Assembly: GCA_030141605.1 (NCBI GenBank)
Contig: JAQGDQ010000099.1
Span: 141,194-205,193, forward strand
Direction of reading: 5' to 3'
Source of the DNA: Tubiluchus corallicola
Taxonomy: Eukaryota; Animalia; Priapulida
Length of the DNA stretch: 64,000 bases
Shown one piece after another: positions 1 to 12,038 of this stretch. Numbering within the stretch: position 1 is the stretch's first letter; the number at the start of each line of letters is the position of its first letter. Below the pieces are notes generated by a model. The model did no database searches. It worked only from the letters and a program-made list of their open reading frames with translations, and had not been told where the DNA came from. Both the position numbers and the translations under genes were made by a program.

Positions 1-29
1 AACATCAGTTGGGATTTCTTGCATTTCAG
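1..29 (+). CDS. PRCC: PRCC penultimate coding exon (partial; begins before the window)
   Basis: Frame from nt 3 reads HQLGFLAFQ, then CAG|GTAATT donor. Joins in phase 0 to 1215 giving HQLGFLAFQAKERELELKNAWAQNRQTKKQTQSKYGF*, matching the recalled PRCC C-terminus (HQITYL..QAKERELELKN.W......RQTQAKYGF). Confidence 0.85.
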
Positions 30-1214
30 GTAATTGGTCTAATTATTTTTAATTATGCATGGCTTAAAGAAACAAAAAATTATGTTTATTTTAAGATTTT
101 ATTTCACAGCATATTTTGTTCTGAAGTAGTGCCTATATAATCAGTGAAGTAATGTCGTGTTGAAATTCAGGAAAATAAGTGACCAAAAATTACAATCAGC
201 TCAGCTCAGGTGTGAAAACAGGTTAGAGAATATGCATGTACTAAGACTGTAGAAGCCAATGAAATTCATAAAAAGTAAAGAGCCAAATTAAACGATTTTA
301 AGACGAATGACTGAAGGTGGCAGCACTATGCAAAAGTTTAAAAATCCTGGTGAAAGTATAACAATATTTATTTGGTTTAATTAAAATAATTTCCTTCTGT
401 CCGAGGCACGTACAGTGTGCGGCTTCATAGAGAATGTAAAGTACTTTTAGAAAATGCTTTCGAATATGAACTACTTTGCAGTATATTCAAATTCACTGAA
501 ATATTTTTGGGTGACTTCCGTAAACTAAAAATTACATGTTCAGTAGATTAAACATATTCAATTTTGTTTGCACAAAATTTGTTTGTCCATTGTATAAACA
601 GATTTTGTGGCAAAATAACTGAGCAGGCAATGGGGCCTGACCAAAAGTCTGCAATAAATGGTAACCCCGCATACACTGTATTCAAAGCTATTGTACTAGT
701 TAAATGACAAAAGTTTGTTCTGTTTTGTGAGTTCTCTTTGCTGGCACGTATGCAACCATGTTTGCTGTAATGGTTGTTATACTGTACTGTCTTGGCTAAA
801 TTAAATTCCATTATCTATAAGCTTAATAATAACAATTATATTTGTATGCCTCATGCTAAGATTATGAAATACAGCCATTAACTACCAGGTTTTCTGAAAG
901 CTTTTTTCTGCTACCATGAATTAACTAACCAATGTAATTTTACAATAAAAATTTGCAAAAAACTTTAAGATTTTCTGCTCTTCCTCTTTAAGCACAGTTT
1001 GCTTTCAATGGACAATAATAATGAAAAAGTCTTACATGTGCTTGTTCCACATGCGTGGACAGCTTGTTATACTTAGTTCATTTTGTGATCAAATTTGTTG
1101 CTTTTACTTATACCTATACTGAAAAATTAAGTAATTCTACAAAATTTAACTTGTATTTTGTCATATTCACACCGTAAACATTTTGAAACGAAGTTCTCCA
1201 TTTTGCTTTTTTAG

Positions 1215-1301
1215 GCTAAAGAGAGAGAACTAGAGCTAAAAAACGCCTGGGCACAAAATCGCCAGACCAAAAAACAGACACAGTCAAAATACGGTTTTTA
1301 A
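1215..1301 (+). CDS. PRCC: PRCC terminal coding exon
   Basis: TTTTTTAG acceptor; AKERELELKNAWAQNRQTKKQTQSKYGF then TAA; 87 nt. Confidence 0.9.
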   Translation, partial: AKERELELKNAWAQNRQTKKQTQSKYGF

Positions 1302-1582
1302 ACATCGTGAACCAGTTGAGTGACAGAAACTCACCATCACGATGCTCATTTTCACACTAAATACCCATTTAATGCTCACTGTCTATCTTACATGTAAGCA
1401 TATACAGACTATTCCTTCCTACAGCATATACTAAAGTATCGTTTGTAGCGTACACTGTCATGTATATGAAAATGTTTTGCACAAATCTTCTTTTCTGTAG
1501 TAGAATTACGAGTGCAAACTCACATTTTTAATGCCTAGTCTAATGTCAGTTAAGCATGTTTTCTTAAAGCATTAAGCAATTA

Positions 1583-1772
1583 CAGTCAAACGTCTTTATA
1601 CCACGTACTTTGGAACTACGTAAAAAGTTGGCGTTATAACAAGTTTGGTATTATGAGGTGCAGTAATACATACACGTCTAAGCAAATATACGTATGTTTT
1701 AGGTATGGTCTGTACAATATACAAATATGCGTACGGTATTAGAAAGGGGGATGTTATAACGAGGTTTGACTG
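1583..1772. mobile_element. Tc1/mariner-superfamily (pogo/Tigger-like) MITE in the PRCC 3' region
   Basis: TIRs CAGTCAAACGTCTTTATACCA / TGTTATAACGAGGTTTGACTG, flanked by TA on both sides. Confidence 0.8.
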
Positions 1773-4700
1773 TATTATCATAAATAGATTTGGCGTTGCA
1801 GAATATTATATGTTGTCAGCAGCTCTGATTATCGTATCGACTTGCATATTTATAGAAATGAACAAATTGATAAGCCAAATTTTTTATTGTAAAGATTTTC
1901 TGTAATATTGTTTTAAAACCTTGTAAAAAGCATTCTGTGTTTTTTTTAAACTAGTTCTGAACATTATGTAAAGATGTAACAATTTGACAGAAGTATTGAA
2001 TTATAAAGCAGGTCGTTGGTCTCGATGGGCTTCATTGCACGCAAGTGTAATCATTTTAACACAAGTGATTCCTTTTCTCTTCTACTGAGTTGACTGCGTA
2101 ATTAAATTTAAATTGTTTATTTACAGTGTCTTGTAAATATTTCTGAGTTACACGTAACAAAAATAAAAGGCAAATACGTACAGGCGTACCCCGCAACTGT
2201 AATTTATTTGTAATATTGTTCTCACAATAAGCATCAGTACATTGAACTAAAATACATACACTCAGTTCATATGGAAACATTTTAGAAACTACTTTATACT
2301 ATATGTACAACTCAGCTCACCAAATTTCAAATTAGTACAGCTCATCTTCAAATTCAAAAAAAAAATCTATAACATTGCAATTACTTTTTATCGCACAAAT
2401 TGCATTGATGACATGCAGTATACAAAAAGATAAACATACTAATTGTCTGCAAAAAAATCATTTTACATACATGGTATCAGACGAACAGATAAATTGTTTG
2501 TCCACAAAAAGAAAATTCTAGAAAGTTAATGAAACATGCAATGATAGAATTGTTTATAAGTTTATGTTCAAATTCCATTTAGCGTCCCAAATCACACCGG
2601 TTACACTACAACATAGCAATAGTTTTTTAACGAAACGTTTTTCTTAACAAAAAAATAATTACAGTTAAAATAATTAGTACTGCTAGTAATCAATAATATA
2701 ATCACTAGTAATGACCAGTAAGTTTGAAACAAGGAAGCTGTGAGCACAAAACAGGATGCACTCCATCTGGAAACTAAAGAAAATTCATAGCATAAACGCA
2801 TGGTTTCTTTTCTACACAGTGTTGAACCAGGGTTGATTGAGGTAGGCCATAGTAGAGAAGCAATCCTGTAATTATATTTGTATACAAGCAGAAAAGAAAA
2901 ACCTGATCTTGTCGGAATGTAAGACAATTATGAAATCATCTTTTCATAACTAGTCATTTAATCAAGGGAAAACAAAAGCGTTTACAACGAATTTCCGGAA
3001 CAAGACAAAGTAAACTTAAGCAAGCATAAGCTGCAAAACTGAATACGGCTGCTCACTACACTGAAAATTGCATAGCCAGGAAAAAACATTTATAAAGACA
3101 AATTAGAAATACAGCAGTTTATAGCCACTCATTAAAAAATGACCCGTAATATTGGAACTATAAGTGGTCGACAACGCCCATCTAACAGCAAAAAGCCCAT
3201 TTAACACCAACATAAAGAAAATGTAAATTGAACATGCACAAGTTCATTTCATGAACCATACAATGTTCCCACAGAATCCAACAATTTCAAGTTACAAGCC
3301 TATGCCAGTTAAGCAGCACTCGTTACAGTAAAGTAACAGATAGTAAAACAGTATCATACATCATACATTCTTAATTTCATTGTCAGTGTAAACAACTTTA
3401 ACAACAATTAAACAACAACGGTAAACAAAATAAATTCAGCAAAAGATATGATAGACGTGGGGCGCTACTATCGGCCTACGGAGTATAAAATGTCCTTACT
3501 TGATAAACTAGTCTAGGCTTTGCCACAAAAATACAAGCAATGACTCTACTCCAAGCTGTCGACTACTTGATACGATAGTTTGTTTAAACACAGTGGTATA
3601 TTCTTACAGTGTTACAAAGTTTACGGTGTAACATAAAAAACAAGTTCATCAAAAAATAATCATCATGTAGTGTTTGTAAAGTTCACGAGATCACTTCTTT
3701 TTCTTCATTTTAATCTACTTTCTTCACTTACTGGCTGCCAATACTTCTTGGAAAAACCAAAAGCCAGTCAATTCAATATACCTGCAATCACGGGAAAAAT
3801 TTAACAAATCAAAACTAGTAACACCAAACATAGGAATTTAGTAGTAGTACCATCTTTAATTTGCTGGATAATATGTCATGCTTGAACACAAAACACTTCA
3901 GAAGTTTAAATTTGTTTAAATTTCTTTTAACAAAAAGTGGCTCATGGGTTGGTGTTTCAATGGAAAGAGCAACAACTACTGAACCACTCGTACTTAGGTG
4001 CTGTACAAGTTAATTTCACATCAAATAAACAAATCGTATACTATTCAACTGCACTAGTACACATAAAAAATGCAAAAGATCTATACTGGAAAGAGCTAAA
4101 AATCAAGTTAGCAGCCACAGAAAAATGCTATAGCCCTACAACAACAGACAGTTAAATTTACTGTAATCTTGTCCTTGTTACTAAAACGTAACTTCTGCAA
4201 TGAATATATACATTTAATACCAAGAAATAAATGAAAATTTCCGCTTTTTAAAAGAAAGTACATGGTAGCAGCTTCAACTTTTCGGAAATGAAGCTTACGA
4301 GTATTTGAAAATAAAGAGCATTCGCATTTTTTACATAGACAAACAAAAGCAGCTTTGAAAGCAAGCAGCATTTTCTCTGCAAGAGTACTGCAACAGATTA
4401 CACAAGATGCAAAACAATGACAGAATCCAATAGAATCCAGCAAGACAAAAGCATCAAGTTTAATTCAGTAGAGTTTTCGTTAATTTTCAGCTCAGTTTTA
4501 GGTCAGCATCAACATAATACAAATTCACTTCATCCTTATCACTACTTCATCAACCAAAAATTTTCAAACTGATTCATGAAACGATGCCATTTTTGTAGGC
4601 ATTCGTAACATACAGAACATTAGCTTTTCGTTGCAGTTTGGCCTACAACATGCTACAACAGAACTGAAATTTTAATTAGGACCAACACTTATGACCTTGA

Positions 4701-4822
4701 ACCCCATTTTAAGGGTTGCATCAGGTAATTGTTGATTACACATTCAAAAGAAATGAACGGTTGTTTCTAAAAAATAACGACATGTACACTTCAGCACATA
4801 GCCAAAAAATTCTGCAATGTTG

Positions 4823-5223
4823 CTATCCGGATCCGTTGACATGACAACAAGCATTATTTTCCTTCTCCTCCATTGTTCCATTCTCATCTATGGGTTCGAT
4901 AACGTGTTTGCCATTCCTTAGCATTTTTTCGCTGCTGCAGGTTTCGTCTGACTCACTGAGAGGCGGTGACCGAGGTGTTTTCCGCCGGATTTCCATGACC
5001 CATTCTTCTTTGAAGGGATCCAACACTTCCATATTATCTAGAAAGACCTTTCCAGTAAATCCGCCCACGGCGTATAGTTTCCCTTGCAGGACAGCCACTC
5101 CTACGTTTGTTCGTGGAATGTTTAGCGGCGGTCCGGCCGACCAGGTATCGGTTTCATCGTCATAAATGTCCACAGTGTTGAGTGAATGCTGGCCATCACT
5201 ACCACCAACTGCATAGAGTTTTC
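4823..5223 (-). CDS. IVNS1ABP: IVNS1ABP coding exon 14 (kelch 5-6 and C-terminal tail)
   Basis: CACAG acceptor; KLYAVGGSDGQHSLNTVDIYD...GKLYAVGGFTGKVFLDNMEVLDP...VNGSG TAG. Confidence 0.92.
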
Positions 5224-5541
5224 CTGTGAAAAAAATCAGTCAATTTGTAATTTGACTTCTCCGGAAATTCCTGTTAATTTGCATGGATAATTTCTGCAGT
5301 CGAATGTGTTAGGTTTATTAATAATTACCATGAATAAAAGCCTAGTATATTCTAGTGAATAATATGTTTGAATGACACCCAATTCTTCAATATAATTTTA
5401 TACCATGCTAACTAAATGAAACAAAACTTGTTAAGGTGCAAAATGATATTTAGCAACATTAGGAATTGCTACACTCAGTAAAAAACAATAAATACATGAA
5501 TAACCTGGCTTAAGAAGAAAAATACTGAACACGATACTTAC

Positions 5542-5715
5542 CATTATACTCGACAACTCCAGCCCCACGCCGTGGGTGACTCATGGAATTGATCCGGGTC
5601 CACGTACTGGAGACCGGATCGTATACCTCAGCAGAATTCAGACAATTCCAGGAATCACAACCGCCCACTGCATACAGCTTGCCATTGAGTTTGGACACTC
5701 CCGCCTGGGAACGAC
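5542..5715 (-). CDS. IVNS1ABP: IVNS1ABP coding exon 13 (kelch)
   Basis: RSQAGVSKLNGKLYAVGGCDSWNCLNSAEVYDP...RRGAGVVEYN; AG acceptor, GTAAGT donor. Confidence 0.92.
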
Positions 5716-5904
5716 CTTGAAAAAAGTTCAGCTGAATTAAGTTGAAAAACATATTTGGTTTAATATATCTATTAGTTATTGTTTTCACTGGTACCTCAAG
5801 CATCGCTTTGTATAATAATTTCCACTGTAAAGTTAGTTACCAGCATTGCCACTAGGCTAGGATAATTACAATCAACTAAGTACGGATGCATGTTAAAAAC
5901 GTAC

Positions 5905-6030
5905 GTTCATTCATTGATGCAATTCGGGTCCAAGCCTTCTGCTCGGGGTCGTAAACATGACACGCCTTCATGCCATCTTGACCACTCCAGCCTCCGATAC
6001 AGTAAATTTTTCCATTTAGGTGTGACACGC
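5905..6030 (-). CDS. IVNS1ABP: IVNS1ABP coding exon 12 (kelch)
   Basis: VSHLNGKIYCIGGWSGQDGMKACHVYDPEQKAWTRIASMNE; GTACGT donor. Confidence 0.9.
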
Positions 6031-6483
6031 CTAACGGTTACAAAAGCACCATTTAGTAGCTGTACAAATTCATATAATTACAATGTTCACATAATTAGAC
6101 TCCATTGGTTAATTAATTATGTATTTAACTAATTCTTGTAAATGGATTAACGGGACACCACCTCATGCTTAATCGTTCTTGTTAACAGATGCCACCACAT
6201 TATGCCTATGTACGAAATTAATAGTGAACAAGGAGAAGTTTCTGCATCTTCGATGGAACATTTGTTCCATTCTGACACATAACTTTATCTAGTCTTGCCT
6301 GAACGGGATTCTGCGAGGAATTTCTATGCTGACCAGTAGCAATGTTAGGGTGCTAATAGCTGCTTGGCATTTTACGCTTTCCGTAACTGTTACAGTCATG
6401 ATTTACGGATATGCTCGAGAATATGTGACATTATTTCGTGCAGCAATGAATCAGTAACAATCTGTAATAATTCCCAATCAAAC

Positions 6484-6601
6484 CTGCACAAGATCGACTA
6501 GCCGGAAGCTTCGTAGCTGGAATCCACTTTTGGTCAGAAGGATTAAAACATTCTGTCGAGGACAATTCTCTCATCCCGTCTGATCCCCCGACAGCATAAA
6601 C
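6484..6601 (-). CDS. IVNS1ABP: IVNS1ABP coding exon 11 (kelch)
   Basis: VYAVGGSDGMRELSSTECFNPSDQKWIPATKLPASRSCA; TGCAG acceptor. Confidence 0.9.
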
Positions 6602-6729
6602 CTGCAAAATGGGAAATCTTTAGTAATGTTAAAATGAGCAGAACAATAGAAAAAAGCATTCAGCAGGTCTAAAAACTTAAAACAAACATTTAGATGTTAT
6701 TGATCAATTGTGTGAGACATCATACTTAC

Positions 6730-6857
6730 CATCCCATTAAATACAGTGATATCAAAGCGCCCTCTAGGAGACAACATAGGAGGTGCAGTCGACCACGTGT
6801 TATCCTTTGGATCATAAATATCCACACTGCTCATGCACTCTCCACGATCGTAGCCAC
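6730..6857 (-). CDS. IVNS1ABP: IVNS1ABP coding exon 10 (kelch)
   Basis: GYDRGECMSSVDIYDPKDNTWSTAPPMLSPRGRFDITVFNGM; TTTCAG / GTAAGT. Confidence 0.92.
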
Positions 6858-7013
6858 CTGAAAAATAAAGAGAATTAAATCAAATAATTGCAAAAACTAC
6901 AATTGAACTTAAAGCAAGATCAAGTATATAACACTTAACCAGGGACAAATAACTGACAAGCTAGTGCAAATAATACACCTTCATTGGGATTTGAACTCAG
7001 AGCTCCAACTTAC

Positions 7014-7220
7014 CACAAACGAACAGCTTTCCATTTAGCTCGCAGGTGCCAACGCCACATCGTGGCTGGTCCATATCAGCGATGGGCATCGTCTCGTACT
7101 TATCGCCGGTAAAACTATTAGAACGGGATCTTGTAGGACTGTTGGATATGGTTGACTGTTCATGTATCGTCGCTCTAACCAAATAGCCATTCACGCAGTA
7201 CAGAGCAATACAGGCATGAT
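7014..7220 (-). CDS. IVNS1ABP: IVNS1ABP coding exon 9 (IVR and start of kelch 1)
   Basis: HACIALYCVNGYLVRATIH...MDQPRCGVGTCELNGKLFVC; TTCTAG / GTAAGT. Confidence 0.9.
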
Positions 7221-8442
7221 CTAGAAAAAAATTATAAACATTGATAACACATTAATTATAGCTATACTGTTTAGTTGAAAAATACTACAGCACTAAAAAA
7301 TACCCTAAGCGAGAGACAAAGACTGGAGCATTCGTTAATTTAGCATCATTATTCAATGGAAATTATGGAGACCATCGATTAGTTAATAACTAACATATCA
7401 ATACAGTAACAGAAATTATCCAAATAGAAACAAGAGACTAAGACAACTTTACCACATTGTAAGAAACTACTATGAATACAAATAAATATCAACGTTCAAA
7501 AAAATAAAAGTTAAAATTTTGTAATGTACCGCTAACAGTCAACCATGCTTATCGCGTCAAAAAACACATTTCCCTAATCCCCAAACATTTATTAAAGGAT
7601 AGGGTGTAAAATATGAGTCAATACTAATCTTCTAATGCACATGATAAATCAGTAAAAACAGCAAATAAATAAAATTAAACTGTTAGAGAAAATGACTGGG
7701 CACTTCATCGCTACACAAGTCCTAGATGTTGGAACAATACCAAAGAACACATAAAAAATTCTATGTCTATAAATACACTTGAAGGAAATTTAAAACGTGA
7801 AATTTACTGTACTGTTATAGATTAAATCAATTTGATTAATTCCGCTGCCCCTATAATGATTCATCACCTAGCAAGCTATGTCAATATTTACATTTAGTGC
7901 CCCCTTCACGAAGTTAAAGTCACATCTATACATATTTCTTTCTTCTATCATTCTTTTCTCTGCTTCTTTACTCCTCCCCTTTTTCTGCCTAATCCACAAC
8001 CGTGTGTGTGCTCTCAACAAGTACTTATATCGTAAACACTATATAGGGCAATTGCAACTGTTAACAGATGTGCTGTCTTGGACATTGCGATTTTAGTAAC
8101 AAAGCAAAATAAAATGAAACAAAATAAAAAAGCTCAGCGACACTGTCATGTAACATAATTACTGGAAAGGTAATACGATGTAATATGCTAGAATTACAGA
8201 GAAAACAATGATAAACGATTGTTCACTCACTGCACAGTAAAAAGTTAATACAAGTCGTGAAGTTCAAATGTCAAAAATGTCAAACTTACTTAAATGTTAA
8301 TACTTTGTTTACTCTTTTTAATGTGCAAATAATACGCACAAACATATTTATACTTTCATTCTCTACCTTCTGTGAAAATGAGGGAATTGGCAGATGATCA
8401 ACCCTACTACTCACTTCTAGCTCATAATTCAGGTCTACTCAC

Positions 8443-8617
8443 CAGCAGTTTTGCTCATAGCAACAACCTTCCACTCGTGGTCTTCCTCATCATCCTCGCT
8501 GTGAATGGAGGACGACTTTCTTGCCGTAACAGGACCGTTAGAGTTGTGTCGTAAACGAGCGTAAACTTTTGACGGCGTCAACACTTTCATGTGTTTCTTG
8601 CTCTTCTTCTTGTATTC
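8443..8617 (-). CDS. IVNS1ABP: IVNS1ABP coding exon 8 (IVR)
   Basis: EYKKKSKK...DEEDHEWKVVAMSKTA; GTGAGT donor. Confidence 0.85.
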
Positions 8618-9203
8618 CTTCGCAAAAATTAATTATGAAAAACTTAATTTTAGCATTTAGTCATGTAAAAGTGCTTTTCTTCCCATCACACTATTTTTTT
8701 TAGTAGCTAATGACACATACGACCTACTCATTTTATCAAACACTCATCATTTTCTTTTCATCAAAAACTGACAAAGCAACAAGACTGGTAGAAGAGAATA
8801 GCAGTAGTTAAGCAACACTGAGCATGGCCAGTAAAAGCATGTTTGAGCCGTTCTCAACTGCTGCATCAGCCCCAGTTGCTTACCTCATTGAGGGAAGTAC
8901 GTATTTAAATCTAAATGCTACCAAGACATCTGTGCAGGTTTAGTATCTCATCTTAAAAAGGATCACCTTATACATTAAAACAGGTTCCTGTCCTGTCTGC
9001 TTTAAATATAATCTGCCGGCTTGCAGAGTTCTCTCTCCTGGCTTGCAGACCCAAGTGCACAAAATGAACCGCATATCTTCATTTTACTATTTAAGTACCA
9101 AATCAATTTGAAAAAACATCACATCAGCTGGTAAACCTGATCTTAATTAACTCAAAGTAGCCACTGAATTTTCATTATCCCATTAAGAAGGGTTAGTACT
9201 TAC

Positions 9204-9293
9204 TTGTACAATCTCGGAATGTTTAAGATCATCATCGTCTCTGTCGACACAGTCACTCAATCCACCATCACTGTCGGCACGTAACATATGGAC
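9204..9293 (-). CDS. IVNS1ABP: IVNS1ABP coding exon 7
   Basis: VHMLRADSDGGLSDCVDRDDDDLKHSEIVQ; TTTCAG / GTAAGT. Confidence 0.87.
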
Positions 9294-10120
9294 CTGAAAT
9301 ACGAGGAGTCAGTCATACATCATTACTAGATTATCAAATCAATCGTAATTTTTTGGTTAGGACACTGGGAGATTTTGAAATGTCAATGTGTAGAAAAATC
9401 TCCAAAAATGTGTGAATTTGTCTCTTTGTTACCAACCTAACCACATCTTTGTCTCCAACCGTAAGGCACAATTCAAGGTTTCAAACACATAGTAATTACT
9501 GATGACTAAATATACAATATAATATTAATAACAGTGATTTATTGATGGAATTTGCATAACAGCCAATTAATAACTGCATCATTTTGCTAAAGACAGTAGA
9601 AATAGAATTTTTTTATCAGCTGGTAAGGACAATTAGTAGTCACCTTCATCACTACGTAGAGAATGTTACTTAAACAAATCCTTCTGACTAGCAATAGAGC
9701 GAACACCATCATTATTAGCTAACATTACACAGAACCACATCAAAGTCACGTAACAGATATCCCTCGCTGTTATTCAAGATTAAAAATTCTAAAATGTATC
9801 ACAGTCATTGCAAATTAAAACTATAATTCGAAGGAAAGAAATGCAAAATCTAAATACTCAGACACTGATCAATAAACTGACATTGCCACTGATAGGATTA
9901 GGATATGAGTTAGGACCCCAGCTAATGCTGATAATGACTTCAACAATTGTATTCACGGTAACCAAATTTCAATATTTTTTGAAAGAAATCAACAAAATGC
10001 ATTGTCTGAATTCAGATTTTGTGGCAAAAACACAGCAAAAACCATATGGCACTTTCTCTCTACTTATAATACTGATTATTACGATAACCGACAAGTGTTT
10101 TTATTAAGCATTTTCTTTAC

Positions 10121-10255
10121 CTTCTCAGTTAATGAATCAATATCAATGTCTAGAACCTCCATGCAGTTTCGAAGCCAGATCAGTGCCATCTCACAGAGCA
10201 TAGTATGATTCTCTTGAATGCTGATACATTGTTCCCCATCACCACACTGCACAAC
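10121..10255 (-). CDS. IVNS1ABP: IVNS1ABP coding exon 6 (BACK)
   Basis: VVQCGDGEQC...LCEMALIWLRNCMEVLDIDIDSLTEK; TTTTAG / GTAAAG. Confidence 0.87.
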
Positions 10256-10520
10256 CTAAAAATGACAACTGAAACTGTACAGTTTGAAATGTACCGGTTC
10301 AAACTCCAGTTAACAACAGGAAAAAACTACTATACCCGCACTTGCATTATTCTGAAAATATTTACAGTACAAAAAGAAATGGTACATATTGCACTGCACT
10401 AGCTGCATAATAGGTATTTAAGTGTGAGTGATGCTTTCCTGTAGTTTTCCTAAAGTTCTTACATAACTTACATGATAATTACTTAACCACAGGAACATGT
10501 TCAACCTATGCTAAAGGAAG

Positions 10521-10938
10521 CACGGCTGTCTTAACAACATTGTAGGCTCCCAGACAAAGCAGTGCACTGGGGCGCCTGCCTGTACAACCACTCAGGATAA
10601 AAATGTAAACGATCGATAAAATTAAACATATATTTATTGGTACTTCCAACAAAGTTATTGTTTAAACATTAAAAACATGCTGTACAGCAAAGATTAATAA
10701 ACAGAAACGTTTGAGTAATACAACATAAGTGTTAAAACACAAAAGTTTCAACATGCAAATGATCCTTAACTGATAAACTATACAGACAAAGATTGTCACA
10801 CAATAGCCAATACAGTTTTGCATAGTATAGTATTTATTTATTGACAGTAAGTCACAACATGACAGATTAGTATGGGGCCACTATGCTCGTGTGGCCCCGG
10901 GCAAATGTCCAGCATGCCCACGCATTAAGACAGCGCTA
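10521..10938. mobile_element. hAT-type MITE
   Basis: Imperfect TIRs CACGGCTGTCTTAA / TTAAGACAGCGCTA; perfect 8-bp TSD AAAGGAAG (10513-10520 and 10939-10946). Confidence 0.8.
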
Positions 10939-11907
10939 AAAGGAAGTATGCACTGAGTTCCAGAAAAATGTAACGCTGCCGAGCAATGATTAAGATTAAG
11001 ATTAAGACAATGGAATGAATATTAATACAAATGCTTGCACACCTTAAAAAATTGTTCCAAAAATTTGCAGAGATACGCGTTACTTAAAACTATGTGAACA
11101 CAGATGTTTCAGAGTACTGTTGTAAGTGCCATTGAAAAAATAATGTAAAATGGACACATATCAAACAACAAATACAATTTGAACATAAAAGAGCAAAGAT
11201 TAATTAAAAACAGACTATGTTTAGGAAGGTTTTGGTTTTTAAAACAAAGAAGCTGTGATTAGTTCAATAAACTTCTCACTCCCGAATGAACAATTTGACT
11301 CCAGTTGGTTAAAGGGGAAGAAAAGGCAATTTTAAAGTATGTCGCAAAAAACTTTCCACACAAAGTTATATTTCTTAACATTGCTCTTACCGGCTTAAAA
11401 GAATTGTCTAATTAGAAAGAAAAATTTTCAGTAATTTGAAATATTTGTCCCATCTGGCAAAACGGCACTGCATCACTATCCCAGTGTGCACCATTTACTC
11501 ACCAAAAACGCATTACTGATGTTACCGACAATAAAAAGTAATTTGAACTTTTTCTTAGTTAGCAAAGAGTGCGCTACGCTACGAATGCTCTGATTACTCT
11601 TTCAAATTTTACTCAATGTTATCTAAACCTATTCCAACCGACTTACGCTCAAAATGTCTGCACCTAACGGCCATCTCGGAAGTTCAAATTTGCATGTTTT
11701 ATACAGCGTTGCCGGTAACGCAAGCTCTGTATCCAATAAGACAGCATGTAAGTGATATTAAAATTTCAAGACAAATTTTTAAAGCTTTATTTATGAAAAG
11801 CGTTTTCTTGTGCATTAAGCAAATACATGTTTATTAGTTTTATTTCTTCGTGGGCCGCTACTTGGCTTAAAATCTCAAAAATAATAAACAATAAACAACC
11901 GTTGTAC

Positions 11908-12038
11908 CTCAAGTTGAATTCGTTGCAAGTCTAGAAACTCCTTCTTCACTGCTATCTCCATGATGTTGTCTTGAATGAAATTGTCTGTCTTTTCGATGAG
12001 CGATATGTCCGAATGGCGATTCGCAATCGCCCGGGTAC
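11908..12038 (-). CDS. IVNS1ABP: IVNS1ABP coding exon 5 (BACK)
   Basis: TRAIANRHSDISLIEKTDNFIQDNIMEIAVKKEFLDLQRIQLE; TTCCAG / GTACAA. Confidence 0.88.

Noticed and set aside
171-221. Possible extra PRCC exon (KISDQKLQSAQLRCEN)
   Set aside because: Exons 1-29 and 1215-1301 join directly into the conserved motif, and in phase 0 this segment hits a stop.
310-328. CTCF-like AGGTGGCAGCA
   Set aside because: The 5' half of the consensus is missing; expected by chance.
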